Source: Eledone cirrhosa
Taxonomy: Eukaryota
Assembly (NCBI GenBank): GCA_964016885.1
Contig: OZ024742.1
Location: 26,536,001-26,600,000, forward strand
Length of the DNA: 64,000 nt
Direction of reading: 5' to 3'
Made by a program: the position numbers and the translations under genes. The notes beneath the pieces are model-generated. The model did no database searches and was not told the origin of the DNA. It saw only the letters and a list, made by a program, of their open reading frames with translations. Positions 12,076-24,100 of this stretch are shown piece by piece. Numbering within the stretch: the first letter of the stretch is position 1; each line of letters begins with the position of its first letter.

Positions 12076-15000
12076 ATGACCTCACTCAGAATAGGCAGCA
12101 TAAATACGCGTGGCTTGGGGTCGTCATGGAAGCAGGGCCACCTGCTCATCACCTCAGGTCACTAAACATAGATGTAGTGGCCATCAGCGAAACCAGAATC
12201 TCCGAAGCGCGGGCCTTCGCACCGATCTTCGGCGGCTACGATGTGTACGCATCTCCCAGCCGTCCTGGATCCGGGGGGGGGGTAGGGGGTAGGAGTTGCT
12301 GTGCTTTTTCGGAGAGGTTTGGATCTCGCCATACGGGCTATCTACCTGGACCCAGAAGGTAAGTTGGTGGTGCTGGACTTGACCAGAGGAGACGGGCAAG
12401 CTTTCAGGCTAGTGGCCGTCTATGCCCTGACAGGAGCAGGGCGGCCTGATTTCTTCCGGCGTCTGGAGACCTTTCTTGGAACGTCCCGTTCTTTAGTGTT
12501 AGTGAGCGACTGGAACGGGATCTTCGATGCACGCTGGGACTGTGTGGGATTAGCGGGTAGGGGAGGAGGGTGCAATAGCCTCACCAAGCTGCTCAGGTAT
12601 TTTGAACTGTCTGACAGGCACCGATTGAATTTCCCGAATGTGCCAATGTGGACTTGGACAAATCGTATAGGGTTATCCAGATCATATCTAGATAGAGTAT
12701 TTTGTAGGGAAATAGATAGGTCTAGCATAGGCTGTCCTCAATTCAAGATATTCAGCTACACGGACCACAAATTCGTGATCTGTGTGCTTGACTTAGATAG
12801 GGTTCATAGACGAGGACCCGGCTACTGGAAGCTAAACGAGTCCTTACCAGCGCGCAAGGCCTACAGAGACCGTATTAGAGAACTGTTTAGCGGGCGTTGA
12901 CGGGGGCCATCGTCAACAACAAGTGGTGGTTTGCTCTAAAAAGAGCGATTAGAATAGAGTCCATTAGGTTTAGTAAGGCTTTAGCAATAGAGAAAAATAG
13001 AGCAGAAGGAGAATTAGTTAGAAAATAAGACGAGACGCTTAGCAAAGGCATCGCGACCGACGTATTTGCGGCGAAATTGGCCCTTGACCAATTCTTCAAT
13101 GCTTAGAACGAAAGCTGCGTTGTCAGAGCTAGGGTGCTTGCTCTGAGACACGATGGGACGAAAGCCGTTCAATGGGCCCGAGTGGCGGAGGCGCGTCGTG
13201 GCAACAAAACCACGATCCGGTCTTTGGTAGACCACGACGGGCGCATGCTACTCGATCCCGGGCAAATGTGTGAAGCTTTTCAGCGACACTTCGCACAGCT
13301 GTTCTGGGGGCAGCTGCGGGCCGGATCGACGGATGGGCTTTAGAGTCTACCTCGATGGACTGCCACGGCTCTCGGCCACTGAGTCGGAGTGTTGCGAAAA
13401 AGCCGATAACAGCCGTTGAAGCACGGGAGGCCATGACTGGCTGCACAAGGCGTAAATCGCCTGGTTTGGATGGTCTGCCCTATGAACTTTACGTACAGAT
13501 GCCAGACTTATTCGGAGGACTCTTGGCGGACGTCTACTGCAACTGGCAACAAAACGGGAGAATTCACAGCTCCGTGAGCCGAGGAGCGGTGGCACTGCTG
13601 AGAAAGGATCCGAACAAGGGGGATAACATAGATAATTTCAGGCCCATAACTCTGCTAAACACAAAGTTCAAGATTTTGGCCAAGGTGCTAGCAAATAAGT
13701 TGGCGCTTGTCGTTGGTGGTCTGGTGGGAGAGGCGCAGATTGTGCCATTTCCGACAGATCCATCCACGACAACCTCCACCTCATGCGATACATCGTAGAG
13801 AGGGTAGCTAGGAAACCTGGCACGGGTGGGTCCCTGATCAATTTAGATCAGTCGAAAGCATTTGATAGGGTTGAAGGCGGTTGGCTTTGGGCCCGTCTTC
13901 AGAGGCTGTATCGTTGCCATGCACAACGACATCTGCTCTGTGGTGAGAGTGAACGGTCACCTTTCAGAACCGTTCAACATCATGCGTTCTGTCCGGCAAG
14001 AATGTCCACCCCCCTCGTCCCTCCTGTACGTATTGACTCTCGACCCATTACTGCACAAACAGGAGACGTTGAGGGGCGTCCCGCGCGAACTAGGATGCGG
14101 AAGATCCGTGTCAGCATTTGCGGACAATGTCACCGTAGTGGTGTCGAACGCCAAACACATCGAGGCGAACGGCACTACACTAAGAGAATACGAAGCGGTG
14201 ACAGGAGCAATGATCAACCAGGAAAAGTCAGTGGACCTGCAGCTCGGCACCTGGAGAGGCAGACCCATGCCGTCCAACAGTGTCGTCGGGCGCTGGACGG
14301 ACTGACCGGTTAAATTGCTAGGGCTCTGTTTCGGTCCAGACCGCCAGACGGGCAAAAACTGGAACGAGGTGACGAGCAGGGTGGCTTCTCTCACCCAGAA
14401 ATGGGCGGAGAGGAAGCTAACGCGTACATCGTGTCCGTTATCTGCTACCGCCTGACCGTCGTACCTTGTCCTAAACCTCGTCTGACTGCGCTGGAGCGTT
14501 TGCTCTTTCGCTTTTTGTGGAAGGGACGCGCTCCGATGGTCAGGAGGTCCATCTGTTGTCAACACCCGCTACGTGGAGGGCTGTGCATGCCGTGGCTGAT
14601 GATGCGCAGACACGCGCTCAGGCTATGACATCTCCACCTCTTCCTCGACGGTGATCAGGTGTGGTGGCCGTTTGCTAGACGCGTCTTTCCCAACTCGTTT
14701 CCTTGACGGAGCTGCAGTCCTGGGTCAAGCAAAGAACGAGAGGGAGCGCTTGGTGACTGGAATGTCTTCAGGCGCTCACAGCCATCGACCAATTGGGCAA
14801 TGTGATAGTCGGAAACTCCACCTCGGCTTTCTATAGAGGATTAGTGGAGGGGAAGAGCGACGACGTACTTGGGGAAACTCTAGGCCTCGACGAGAATCAA
14901 CTAGCCAATCTCTTCGGAAGAATTTCGTGCCGGGGCTTATGGTCAACGTCCAGAAATCCCTGGCCTGGCAGTGCTACCTAGGAGCCTTGCCAGTTCGGCA

Positions 15001-15454
15001 GAAACTCTACAGGAAAGGAGGTGCCGAAAGTCGGGAATGTCCGAGATACGCGCAGGGCGAGGAAACCGTCCTGCACGTACTCGTCCAGTGTCCGACACAT
15101 GCTGACTTGTGTGTTTATGTCGAACACCTGCTGTCGCGTGTAGGACGGATACGGCTATCAGCTGAGTCCATCGTGAGGATTGCCCCGCCCACTTCCTTTA
15201 GTCGGGAAGGGTAGGCAGTTTTTATCTGTCTGGTGGCCATGGCGAAAGAGATATTATGGTGGGCACGTTTGAAAGGTCTGAAGACGAGCATTTACCTCTT
15301 CGGTGATGCCCTGATTGATTTTTTCAAATTTCATTTGAAAAGGAAAATCAGGGTAGAGAGGGAAGTGCTCTCTTCCCAGCATTTTGTTGAAAGATGGGTG
15401 AGAGAAGCAAGAATGTCCCGAGTGAATGGGCCTACTCTGAGTATGTGTCTCTAA
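12076..15454 (+). pseudogene. Tx1-A ORF2: AP endonuclease, reverse transcriptase, C-terminal zinc finger
   Basis: SET, DWN, SYLDR, TDH, GPGYWKLN, KSPGLDG, FRPITLLN, LDQSKAFD, FADN, CPR..ETVLH..C; many frameshifts. Confidence 0.92.
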
Positions 15455-15720
15455 ATTAAAGGTAGAAAACTGGGAGAGGACAGTTGCCCTGGTGCTCAGG
15501 GTCACTGTAGCCTTTTAATGGGCTTTCTCCACAAATGGCCCTCCGAAGTCTCTCCAATATTGGGGAATTTTTCATTGTTATTTTTTGTTACATCCTCTGT
15601 TTTTGTTTTTTACACGAAGAAATGCCCATTTGTATCGTCCTGTATTGTCCTGTACTGTCCTTAATTTCTACTTTATGTAAACCCCTGTGGTTAATAAAGA
15701 AAGCATTATTATTATTATTA

Positions 15721-17255
15721 GGCTAATTAAACGGGAGAGGTCCTGGGCAAACCTGACCATCCCGGACGAGGCAATAGCGGCCATTCAAAGGAGGACGGTG
15801 CTCTTTCGATGTATTTCGGTGCAGACACAAAAAGTGGAACTTGCGAGCCAAGCAGAGGTAGAGGCTGCTTTGGAGCACATCGGAAGTAACATAGAGTACA
15901 AAGCAAGAGGCAAACAGTTCGGTACCATCTCGGTACTGTTCAAAACTGAGGCCCTCGCTATTAAGCACTCGGTGACCCCCTGCAGAACGGAACGCATTAT
16001 AATGCATCCGTCCTATATGGGTAGAAGGACAGTGAAGGTACGCATCCCCAGCATCCCACCAGGAATGAACATATGGTGGCTGCTGGGATGCGTAATCGAG
16101 GAGGGGATAGGCACTACCCTCCTGGACATCAAAAGGACACAGAGAGAGGACTGGTCCGGAATGGATTTGGAGATTCTTCTCCAAATGAAACTGGAGTTTA
16201 TGAATAACATCCCGGATTTTGCCCGCCTGCAGGACGGAACAACAATCCAACTAATGATTGACGGAAGAAGGCCACGCTGCTTCGTTTGCGGGGAAGCAAC
16301 GCATCTTCAAGCCTTCTGCCCTCAGCGCAAACATGCAGGGGATCGCAAACCTCCTTTGTTGCCAACGCCAGTGTCAGCACGGAAAGCTGCACCACCACCA
16401 CCACCACCAAAAACAACATCAACAAAAACACGGACACCAACATCAAAAGCAGCCGGATCACCACCAACACCAAAACCAATCCAAGGAGTAAACGAGGAAA
16501 GCTCTCCCACTCCCCCTACCCCCCCCCCAATTATACACATAGACAAAAAAATAAACGCACACACACACACAGACCCTTTGTCTTCCAGCAGCGAAGATGA
16601 AGGAAAACCCAAAAGTGCAAAAAAACAGAGAAAACTCACAAAAAAAAAAAGCCCCAACAAAACACAAAAACACACACACCAAAAAATACAGACACCACTA
16701 ACGCAAATACTTCCCCAATAACATCATCACCAACAGCTACATCGACACCACCTCCACAATCCCCGAAACGCAAACAACCTAAACAAACACAAGTACAAAT
16801 AAACACACAAATACCTGAAATTGCAGACACCACACGTACAACAAACATAGACATACCCGAAACAACACCACCAAAACCATCGCCACCACCTTCACCAAAA
16901 CGAAAACAAATAAAACCACACCAACAAAATGTTAAAAACTTCGTGCTTGTCTGAAGGGCCAACGATAAACTGATGACCCTCTTAGCGCGAAGCGAGGACA
17001 TTCAAACAGAGGAGGAGATTTTTTTAAATGAGCACGTTTTGCGTGCCAGAAGATTTGCTTCTGGTCCGAATGTCAATCAATTCCGTCAAAGAAATTCGAG
17101 AGAGCTTTCCTCAAGACGTGGGAACCCCGAATGTGAAACCCACATCAAGACTTTTAAAGGGGTTCCCAAAAGAAACCCCACCAACCATGGAGGTCGAACC
17201 ACCCGGCCTTCACAAGACCCGGGAGGTAAGTAAACCTTCCCTCTCTCTCTCTTAG
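15721..17255 (+). pseudogene. Tx1-B ORF1 with CCHC zinc knuckle
   Basis: PSYMGRRT and GRRPRCFVCGEATHLQAFCP; Pro/Thr/Lys-rich tail with frameshifts. Confidence 0.85.
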
Positions 17256-17264
17256 CTTACCAAT

Positions 17265-20200
17265 ATGGCCATATTAAGAGTAGGAAGTTTAAATGTTCGC
17301 GGCCTGGGGTCACCCTGGAAGCAGGGTCGCCTGCTCAACGACCTCCGGTCGCTGGAAATGGATGTGATTGCCGTAAGCGAGACCAGAATTTCCGACACGC
17401 GTGCACTAGCCCCCATTTTCGACGACTATCAGATCTTCGCATCTGTTAGCAGGCCGGGAATGGGGGGTGGGGTGGCAGTGCTGCTTAGGAAAGGACTGGA
17501 TCTCGAGGTAAGGTCGATCCTCCGGGACCCTGACGGTAAGTTGGTGGTCGTGGATGTGAGCAGTAGCGAAGGTGGTGCCTTTAGACTGCTGGCCGTCTAC
17601 GCCCCTACAGGGTCCGGACGACCTGACCTCTTTAGGCGCCTGGAGACCTTTCTGGGTACGTCTCGCCCTTTACTGTTAGCGGGGTACTGGAATGGCATCT
17701 TAGACGCACGCTGGGATTGTGTGGGAGTAGCCGATAGGAGCGGGGGTGCAAAAGCCTCAAGCACCTACTCAGCCAGTTCCAACTGTCTGACAGGTATCGA
17801 CTAGATTTCCCCAATGTGCCAGTATGGACATGGACCAACCGAATGGGGTCATCTAGATCGTATATAGACAGGATCTTCATTAGGAAAATAGATAGAAATA
17901 GTGTGGGCTGTCCACTTTTTAAAACGGTCGCCTATTCAGATCACACATTTGTGATCTGTACGGTCGACCTAAATACAACGCGTAGGTTAGGACCGGGTTA
18001 CTGGAAGCTGAACATATAAGGCTTACAGGGACCGAGTCAACAATTTAGTTAAGCAAAAGTTGACAGGGGAGATCATCAACAACAGATGGTGGGGGGCTCT
18101 CAAAAGAGAGATTAGAGTAACTTCGATACAGTTCAGCAGAGAACTAGCGTTAGAGAAAAATAGAAAGGAGGGGGAGCTGGTAGATAAGTTAGACGAGGCT
18201 ATTTGTAGTGGCATCGCAACTGACGTGCTAGCGGCGAGATGGCATTAGACCATTTCTTCAACGCCAAACACAAAGGTTTGTCAGAGCTAAGGCGCGTGCG
18301 CTGAGAAACGAGGGAACTAAAGCTTTTCGATGGGCCCGCGTGGCGGGGGCGCAGCGTGGTAATAAAACCACAATTCGTTCTTTGGCGGACCGAGACGGAC
18401 ACGAGATAAGCGATTCCAAGCGGATGTGTGAGGCCTTTCGCCAGCACTTTGCTCGGTTGTTCAGGGAGAGTGGCGAGTCAGAGAGAGTAGCGGATTTCAG
18501 TCCCTACTATGACGGCTTGCCGCGCATCTCGACGGTCGACGCTGAGCGCTGTGAAAGGCCGATTACTTCAGCCGAAATTCAGGACGCCCTTGTCGGCTGC
18601 ATGAGGCGCAAGTCACCCGGTTTGGATGGCCTGCCCTACGAGCTTTACGTAAATATGCCAGACTTGTTCTCCGAACTCCTCGAAGCACTCTACTGCAACT
18701 GGTAGCAGAATGGGAGTATTCCCAGTTCTGTGAGCAGGGGAGTGGTGACGCTGATAAGGAAAGAAAAGAACAAGAGGGATACATTAGACAACTTCAGGCC
18801 CATAACTCTGCTCAACACAGAGTTTAAGATTTTGGCCAAGGTCTTAGCAAAGAGATTGGCGCTTGTCGTCGAGGATTTGGTTGGGGAGGCGCAAACATGC
18901 GCAATCCCAGCCAGGTCCATAAACGACAATCTCCACCTCATGCGATACATCATAGAGAGGGTAGGGTGTAAACCTGGCTTCGGTGGGGCACTGATCAATT
19001 TAGATCAATCGAAAGCATTCGATAGGGTCGACCATCGGTATCTGGAGTTTGTCCTCAAAGCAGCTGGCTTCGGCCCTGTCTTTAGAAGCTGGATCGTTGC
19101 AAGGCACAGCGGCACACGCTCGGTGGTCAAGGTTAATGGCCACCTCTCGGAACCATTTCGGCTCTCCCGATCGGTCCGTCAAGGGTGCCCTCTCTCTTCC
19201 CTTCTGTACGTATTGACTCTCGAGCCTTTACTGCGGAAGCTGGAGCTGTTGCAGGGCATCCCGCTCGAACCGGGACGTGGAAAGGCGGTGTCGGCTTATG
19301 CGGACGACATCACCGTGATGGTGTCAAACACCTTAGAAATCGAGGTGGTCGGCACCTTACTGAAGGAATATGAAAGGTTGACAGGAGCCAAACTTAACCC
19401 GGAAAAGTCGGTGGGCTTGCAGCTCGGAACCTGGAGAGGCAGGCCCATGCCGTCCAACAGCGTCGTGGGGCGCTGGACGGACGACCGGTAAAGTTGCTCG
19501 GGGTTTGGTTCGGACCAGACCTCCAGGTGCAATAGAATAGGGACGAGGTAACGAGCAGAGTAGCCAGTCTCACCCAAAAATGGACTGGGAGGAAGCTATC
19601 ACTGAAAGGTCGCGCGGAGGTGGCGAATGCGTACATCGCGTCCGACATCTACTACCGCCTAACCGTCGTGCCTTGCCCCCGCCCGCGCCTCGTCAAGTTG
19701 GTACGGCTCCTCTTTAAATTCTTGTGGAGGGGACAAGTTCCGTTGGTGAGGCGGTCCATCTGCTGCCAGCACCCTCTACGCGGAGGGCTGGGCATGCCGT
19801 AGCTAATGATGAGCAGACATGCGTTGAGGCTGCGACATCTCCAGATATTCTGCCTCAATGGTGAACAGGTGTGGTCGCCGTTTATCTGACGGGCCTTTCC
19901 GCAGCTCATTTCTTTGACTGAGCTGCAGTCCTGTGTCAAGAAGAGACCGAGGCTGGGTGACTGTCACCTGGAATGTTGCCAGGCACTCACTGCCCTCTAC
20001 CAAGCGGGCAATGCGATCAGTGGAACCTCCACTCTCGAGTTCTATAGAGGATTAGTGGTGGGCAAGTGCGATGACGCACTCGGAGAAGCTTTGGGCCTCG
20101 ACGAAGTCGAACTGACCAGTCTGTACCGGAGGACTTTTGAGCCGGGGACGATGGACAATTTCCAGAAATCCCTCGCTTGGCAGTGCTACCGGGGGGGGGG

Positions 20201-20675
20201 GGGGGCACTGCCGGTTCGGGATAAACTCTACATGCACGGAAGTGCTGTCAGACGGACCTGCCCAAGATGCGCACAGAACGACGAAACCGTTCTGCACGCA
20301 CTTGTCCAATGTCCGTGCATTACTGACTTGTGGAGTTATGTCGAACAGCTGCTGTCGCGTGTGGAACGTATCAGGCTATCGGCCGAGTCCATAGTGAAGA
20401 TCGAGCCGCCACCTTCCTTAGGTCAGGAAGAGCAGGACATTTTCCTCGGTCTGGTGGCAGTTGCAAAAGAGATTATATGGTGGACCAGGTTGAAAGGACT
20501 AAAGACAGACACTTTTCTCTTCGGCCAATCCCTCATCAACTTCTTCAAGTTTCACCTGGAAAGGAGCGTGAGGGTGGAGAGAGAAGTGCTGCACCCCAGT
20601 ACATTTGCTAAAAGGTGGGTGAATGTGGCGAAAATGGCTCGTGTGAATGGGCCTACTCTGACCATGCGCCTATAG
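17265..20675 (+). pseudogene. Tx1-B ORF2 (APE-RT-zinc finger), disrupted
   Basis: SLNVRGL, SETR, SDH, RQGCPLS, YADD, CPRC..ETVLH..C; several stops and frameshifts. Confidence 0.93.
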
Positions 20676-20951
20676 GCTGGCTAACTTGAGGAGAGGGGTG
20701 TTCTTCCTGGGTGCCCTAGAAGCGCAGGGTGGTTCAGGATTGGTGGGGTACCCGAATCACCCCAGGGTCGTCCACCCCCTATCGGGGAATTTATTTTGTT
20801 ATATTTATGCATAGTTTATTTTGTATTTTATATTTTCATTGTTAAATTAGTCTTGCCATTGTGCACTTTTACTCGACCTTATTGTACACCTCCACTGTCC
20901 TTGTCTTTGTATTGTCTCCTACATGTCGGCCCTTGTGGCTAATAAATGAAA

Positions 20952-21010
<59 letters not shown>

Positions 21011-21032
21011 TCATAAATATATATATATATAT

Positions 21033-21129
21033 ATTCATTAGTTAAGCAAAACAAGACCACCAATTTCACAAGGAAAACATTATTAATAGATTGTCAACAT
21101 ATTTTAGTTTGATGTAAGGAGTGTAGAGA

Positions 21130-21130
<1 letters not shown>
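21033..21130 (-). mobile_element. Distal part of the inverted pseudo-LTR of the PLE at 26922-29240, split off by the R4/Dong array
   Basis: Matches 546-638 and continues colinearly at 26922 (gtccgtttacaattg), as in the uninterrupted copy at 638-680. Confidence 0.85.
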
Positions 21131-21190
<60 letters not shown>

Positions 21191-24100
21191 GGGAAGAAGA
21201 CGCACGAGGTGGTAGAAGGTCATGAAATCGCTCCCGTAAGTTTTGAATTTTTAACATATTTAAATCATTTGTGAAATAACAACTCTTAGTACAAATGCTA
21301 CGCAAAGCATCCGGCTTGAGCCCCAAAAAATTCGGACCCAAAATATATTGTTATAAGGCTCAAATATTCAAATATTCAACTTTGTATTGTACATTGTATA
21401 TTCAAAGAAGAAAATGGCTGTAAATGGAAGAAGAACCCCCCTCCCTCCTCTGTCTACGCTATATAGAACAGCCAAACAACACCAATCTCACCAACACCAG
21501 AAACTAGATACAACACCTACCCCATCACCTCTCTGTGTACACTAAACACAACAGCCAGATAACGGCAATTTCACCACCACCACTCACTACTGCCATCATT
21601 ACCACCACTATCCCATCACCGCCGCCACCACTCCTTCATTGCTGCCACCGCTACAACACCATCACTACAGTAATACGATCACATCACCACCACCACTGCC
21701 TCGGTATCGACATCACCACCACCACAGTCTCAGTATCGATACCGCCGCTACTGTCTCCCACATCTCCCCGCCGCCACCACTATTCCCCTGTTAACTTGAG
21801 AGAGAAAGGGGAAGGTGGCGGTATCACTAGACAAGGGAGAGGCTAGCAAAAGATATAAATAGATTGACTTAGTGACCTGGCCACGGCCAAACGTCAACAT
21901 CAACAACTATGGGACTGCTGGCTCACCCCTTCCACACCAACAATATAAAAAGCCCCGACACCACCACCGACATAGCCAACAACAATAACAGCCAACTACA
22001 ACAAAAAGTATATTATATTATTGTAATGCACTGGGTGATTGCTGGCCTTGTGCCTGGAGTGGAGACAATTATTAATAATTTCATTCTTAAGCCACGCAAT
22101 GCTCACATTAAGGAACCACTCATGATAATAACAATTTAAAAAAAACAACAAAAGAAAAACCCCGTGACCAAGAAATACCGGGATGGCGGCTGGCGGGGAA
22201 TAGCCGTGTCTCTAGGGGAGAACGACCCCTCTAGTCTTGGTTGACACTCGTTCTAGAAGTGGTAACACGAAATGATTACCCCTTGGCGGTTAAGGATAAA
22301 TGGCGACAAAATAAAGTAAATGTCTAATGATAAAATCTCATACCGGATCGGCCGTCACCCGGGTAAAAAAGGGCCGCGTCCCTCAGAGAGGAACCAGACT
22401 GGGGTCGAAAAATCAGCTAACGGTTCAAACCTTCCCATCACTTCGGAGCTGCAGACCTCCCATAACCGGAATACTCCTACTATTGGCCCTCCATGCTCAC
22501 CACCAAGAAATCCAAAGAAAAAGAGAGAAAAATGGTCAAGGGAAGATAATAAAGAAGTCCTTGAGGCTTTCTACACTGCCATGTACTACCCATCAAATAC
22601 ATCGAATACAGAACAGACATATATCAACTGGAAAAAGAAACATCCCGAAAACAGAGGCTATATTGACAGTAACAAACTAGCCAATATTCGAAGAAATATT
22701 GTAAGAAAAAAGTTACTAACTGATATAGAAATTGATCAGATCAAGCTATTAGCACAAAGTCAGCGAAGAGAAAATGAAACATGTGTCAGTGAAAACGAGG
22801 TCAACTGTAACACTTCGAATCCCAGGGTTGGGGCGGAATCACTGGCAACAGAACAAATTAAAGAAAGGATCGAAAAAGTGGAGGGAGTGCATGCTCAGGA
22901 TGAAAATCCAAATGAAAATAATGAGATCGTAAATGATAAAGAAATGAATGAGAATGAACTTGCCAACTTGAAGGATGAAATTATGATCGAATGGATGAAA
23001 ATGAAAGAATCTGACATGGGGCAACGAGACACCCTCCCTAAGATCCAGAACTCCAAACAGAACCAAAAGATAATACACAAGACTGACATAATTCTCAAAA
23101 ACATTATCATCACAAACAAACTAAACATTACTGATTTAAATCATCTCTATTATGCATCGGCTAAAGTCACCACTCACTTATGTGGAGTGAAGATGAAAAA
23201 ACAAAGGAATTCCCACAAGAAATCTACTTGGCAAGAGAACATCAATCGCCAAATAAACCTTCTCCGATCTGACATTGAAATTTTAACAAACTATAAAGTA
23301 GGTGAACATGTTAAACAAACTAAACTTAGAAAATTGAAAAAAAAGTACAGTATAAAATCAACATGTGACATAGACATGCTGATAGAAATAATGAAGCAAA
23401 AAGTGTCGGCCAAAGCTGCTCGTATAAGGCGCTTTGAAAAACGATCTAGATTCTATAAGGACAATAATATGTTCAAAAACAACCAAAGAAACTTCTACAG
23501 AAAAATTGGTAAGTCAACAATAACTGCTAAATCAATACCACCCAAGGAGGAAGTGCAAGAGTTCTGGGAAAAGATCTGGGGCGAAGAAAAAGTTCATAAC
23601 ATACATGCCCCATGGATAGACAGACAAATGAAAGATACAGCTCACCTTGAGGAACAAACATGGGAAAATATAACAGTTGAACAGTTGCGCGGGCTCTAAG
23701 AAAAGCCAGCAAATGGAAATCCCCAGGAAAAGACAAAATACAAAACTTTTGGATAAATGCCTTCACAGAGTCTCATGAGCTGTTAGCCCAACTTTACAAT
23801 GAAATAGTTAAGGAGCCAGAAAAGATACCTTCATGGCTAGTTAACGGCATTACATTCCTGCTTCCGAAGAATGATGAGACAAACAATCCCAAAAATTACA
23901 GACCGATAACTTGCTTGACAACAATGTATAAAATTTTAACATCAGTCCTAACTGAATACACATATGACCACCTGATAACAAATGACCTATTTCCCATTGA
24001 GCAGAAAGGGTGTAAACGAGGCTCATATGGCTGTAAGTCTCAGCTTCTGGTTAACAAAATGATACTGGAAGATTGTCATAATAGACACAAAAATCTATCG

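Larger units (their letters stand above)
9722..15704 (+). mobile_element. Tx1/L1-clade LINE, family Tx1-A, apparently full length, degenerate
   Basis: 5' UTR, ORF1, ORF2 (APE-RT-zinc finger), AATAAA at 15693; (ATT)n on both sides. Confidence 0.9.
15721..20953 (+). mobile_element. Tx1-clade LINE, family Tx1-B, 5'-truncated within ORF1, tandem behind Tx1-A
   Basis: Starts right after (ATT)5; ends AATAAATGAAATC followed by (ATT)9. Confidence 0.9.
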
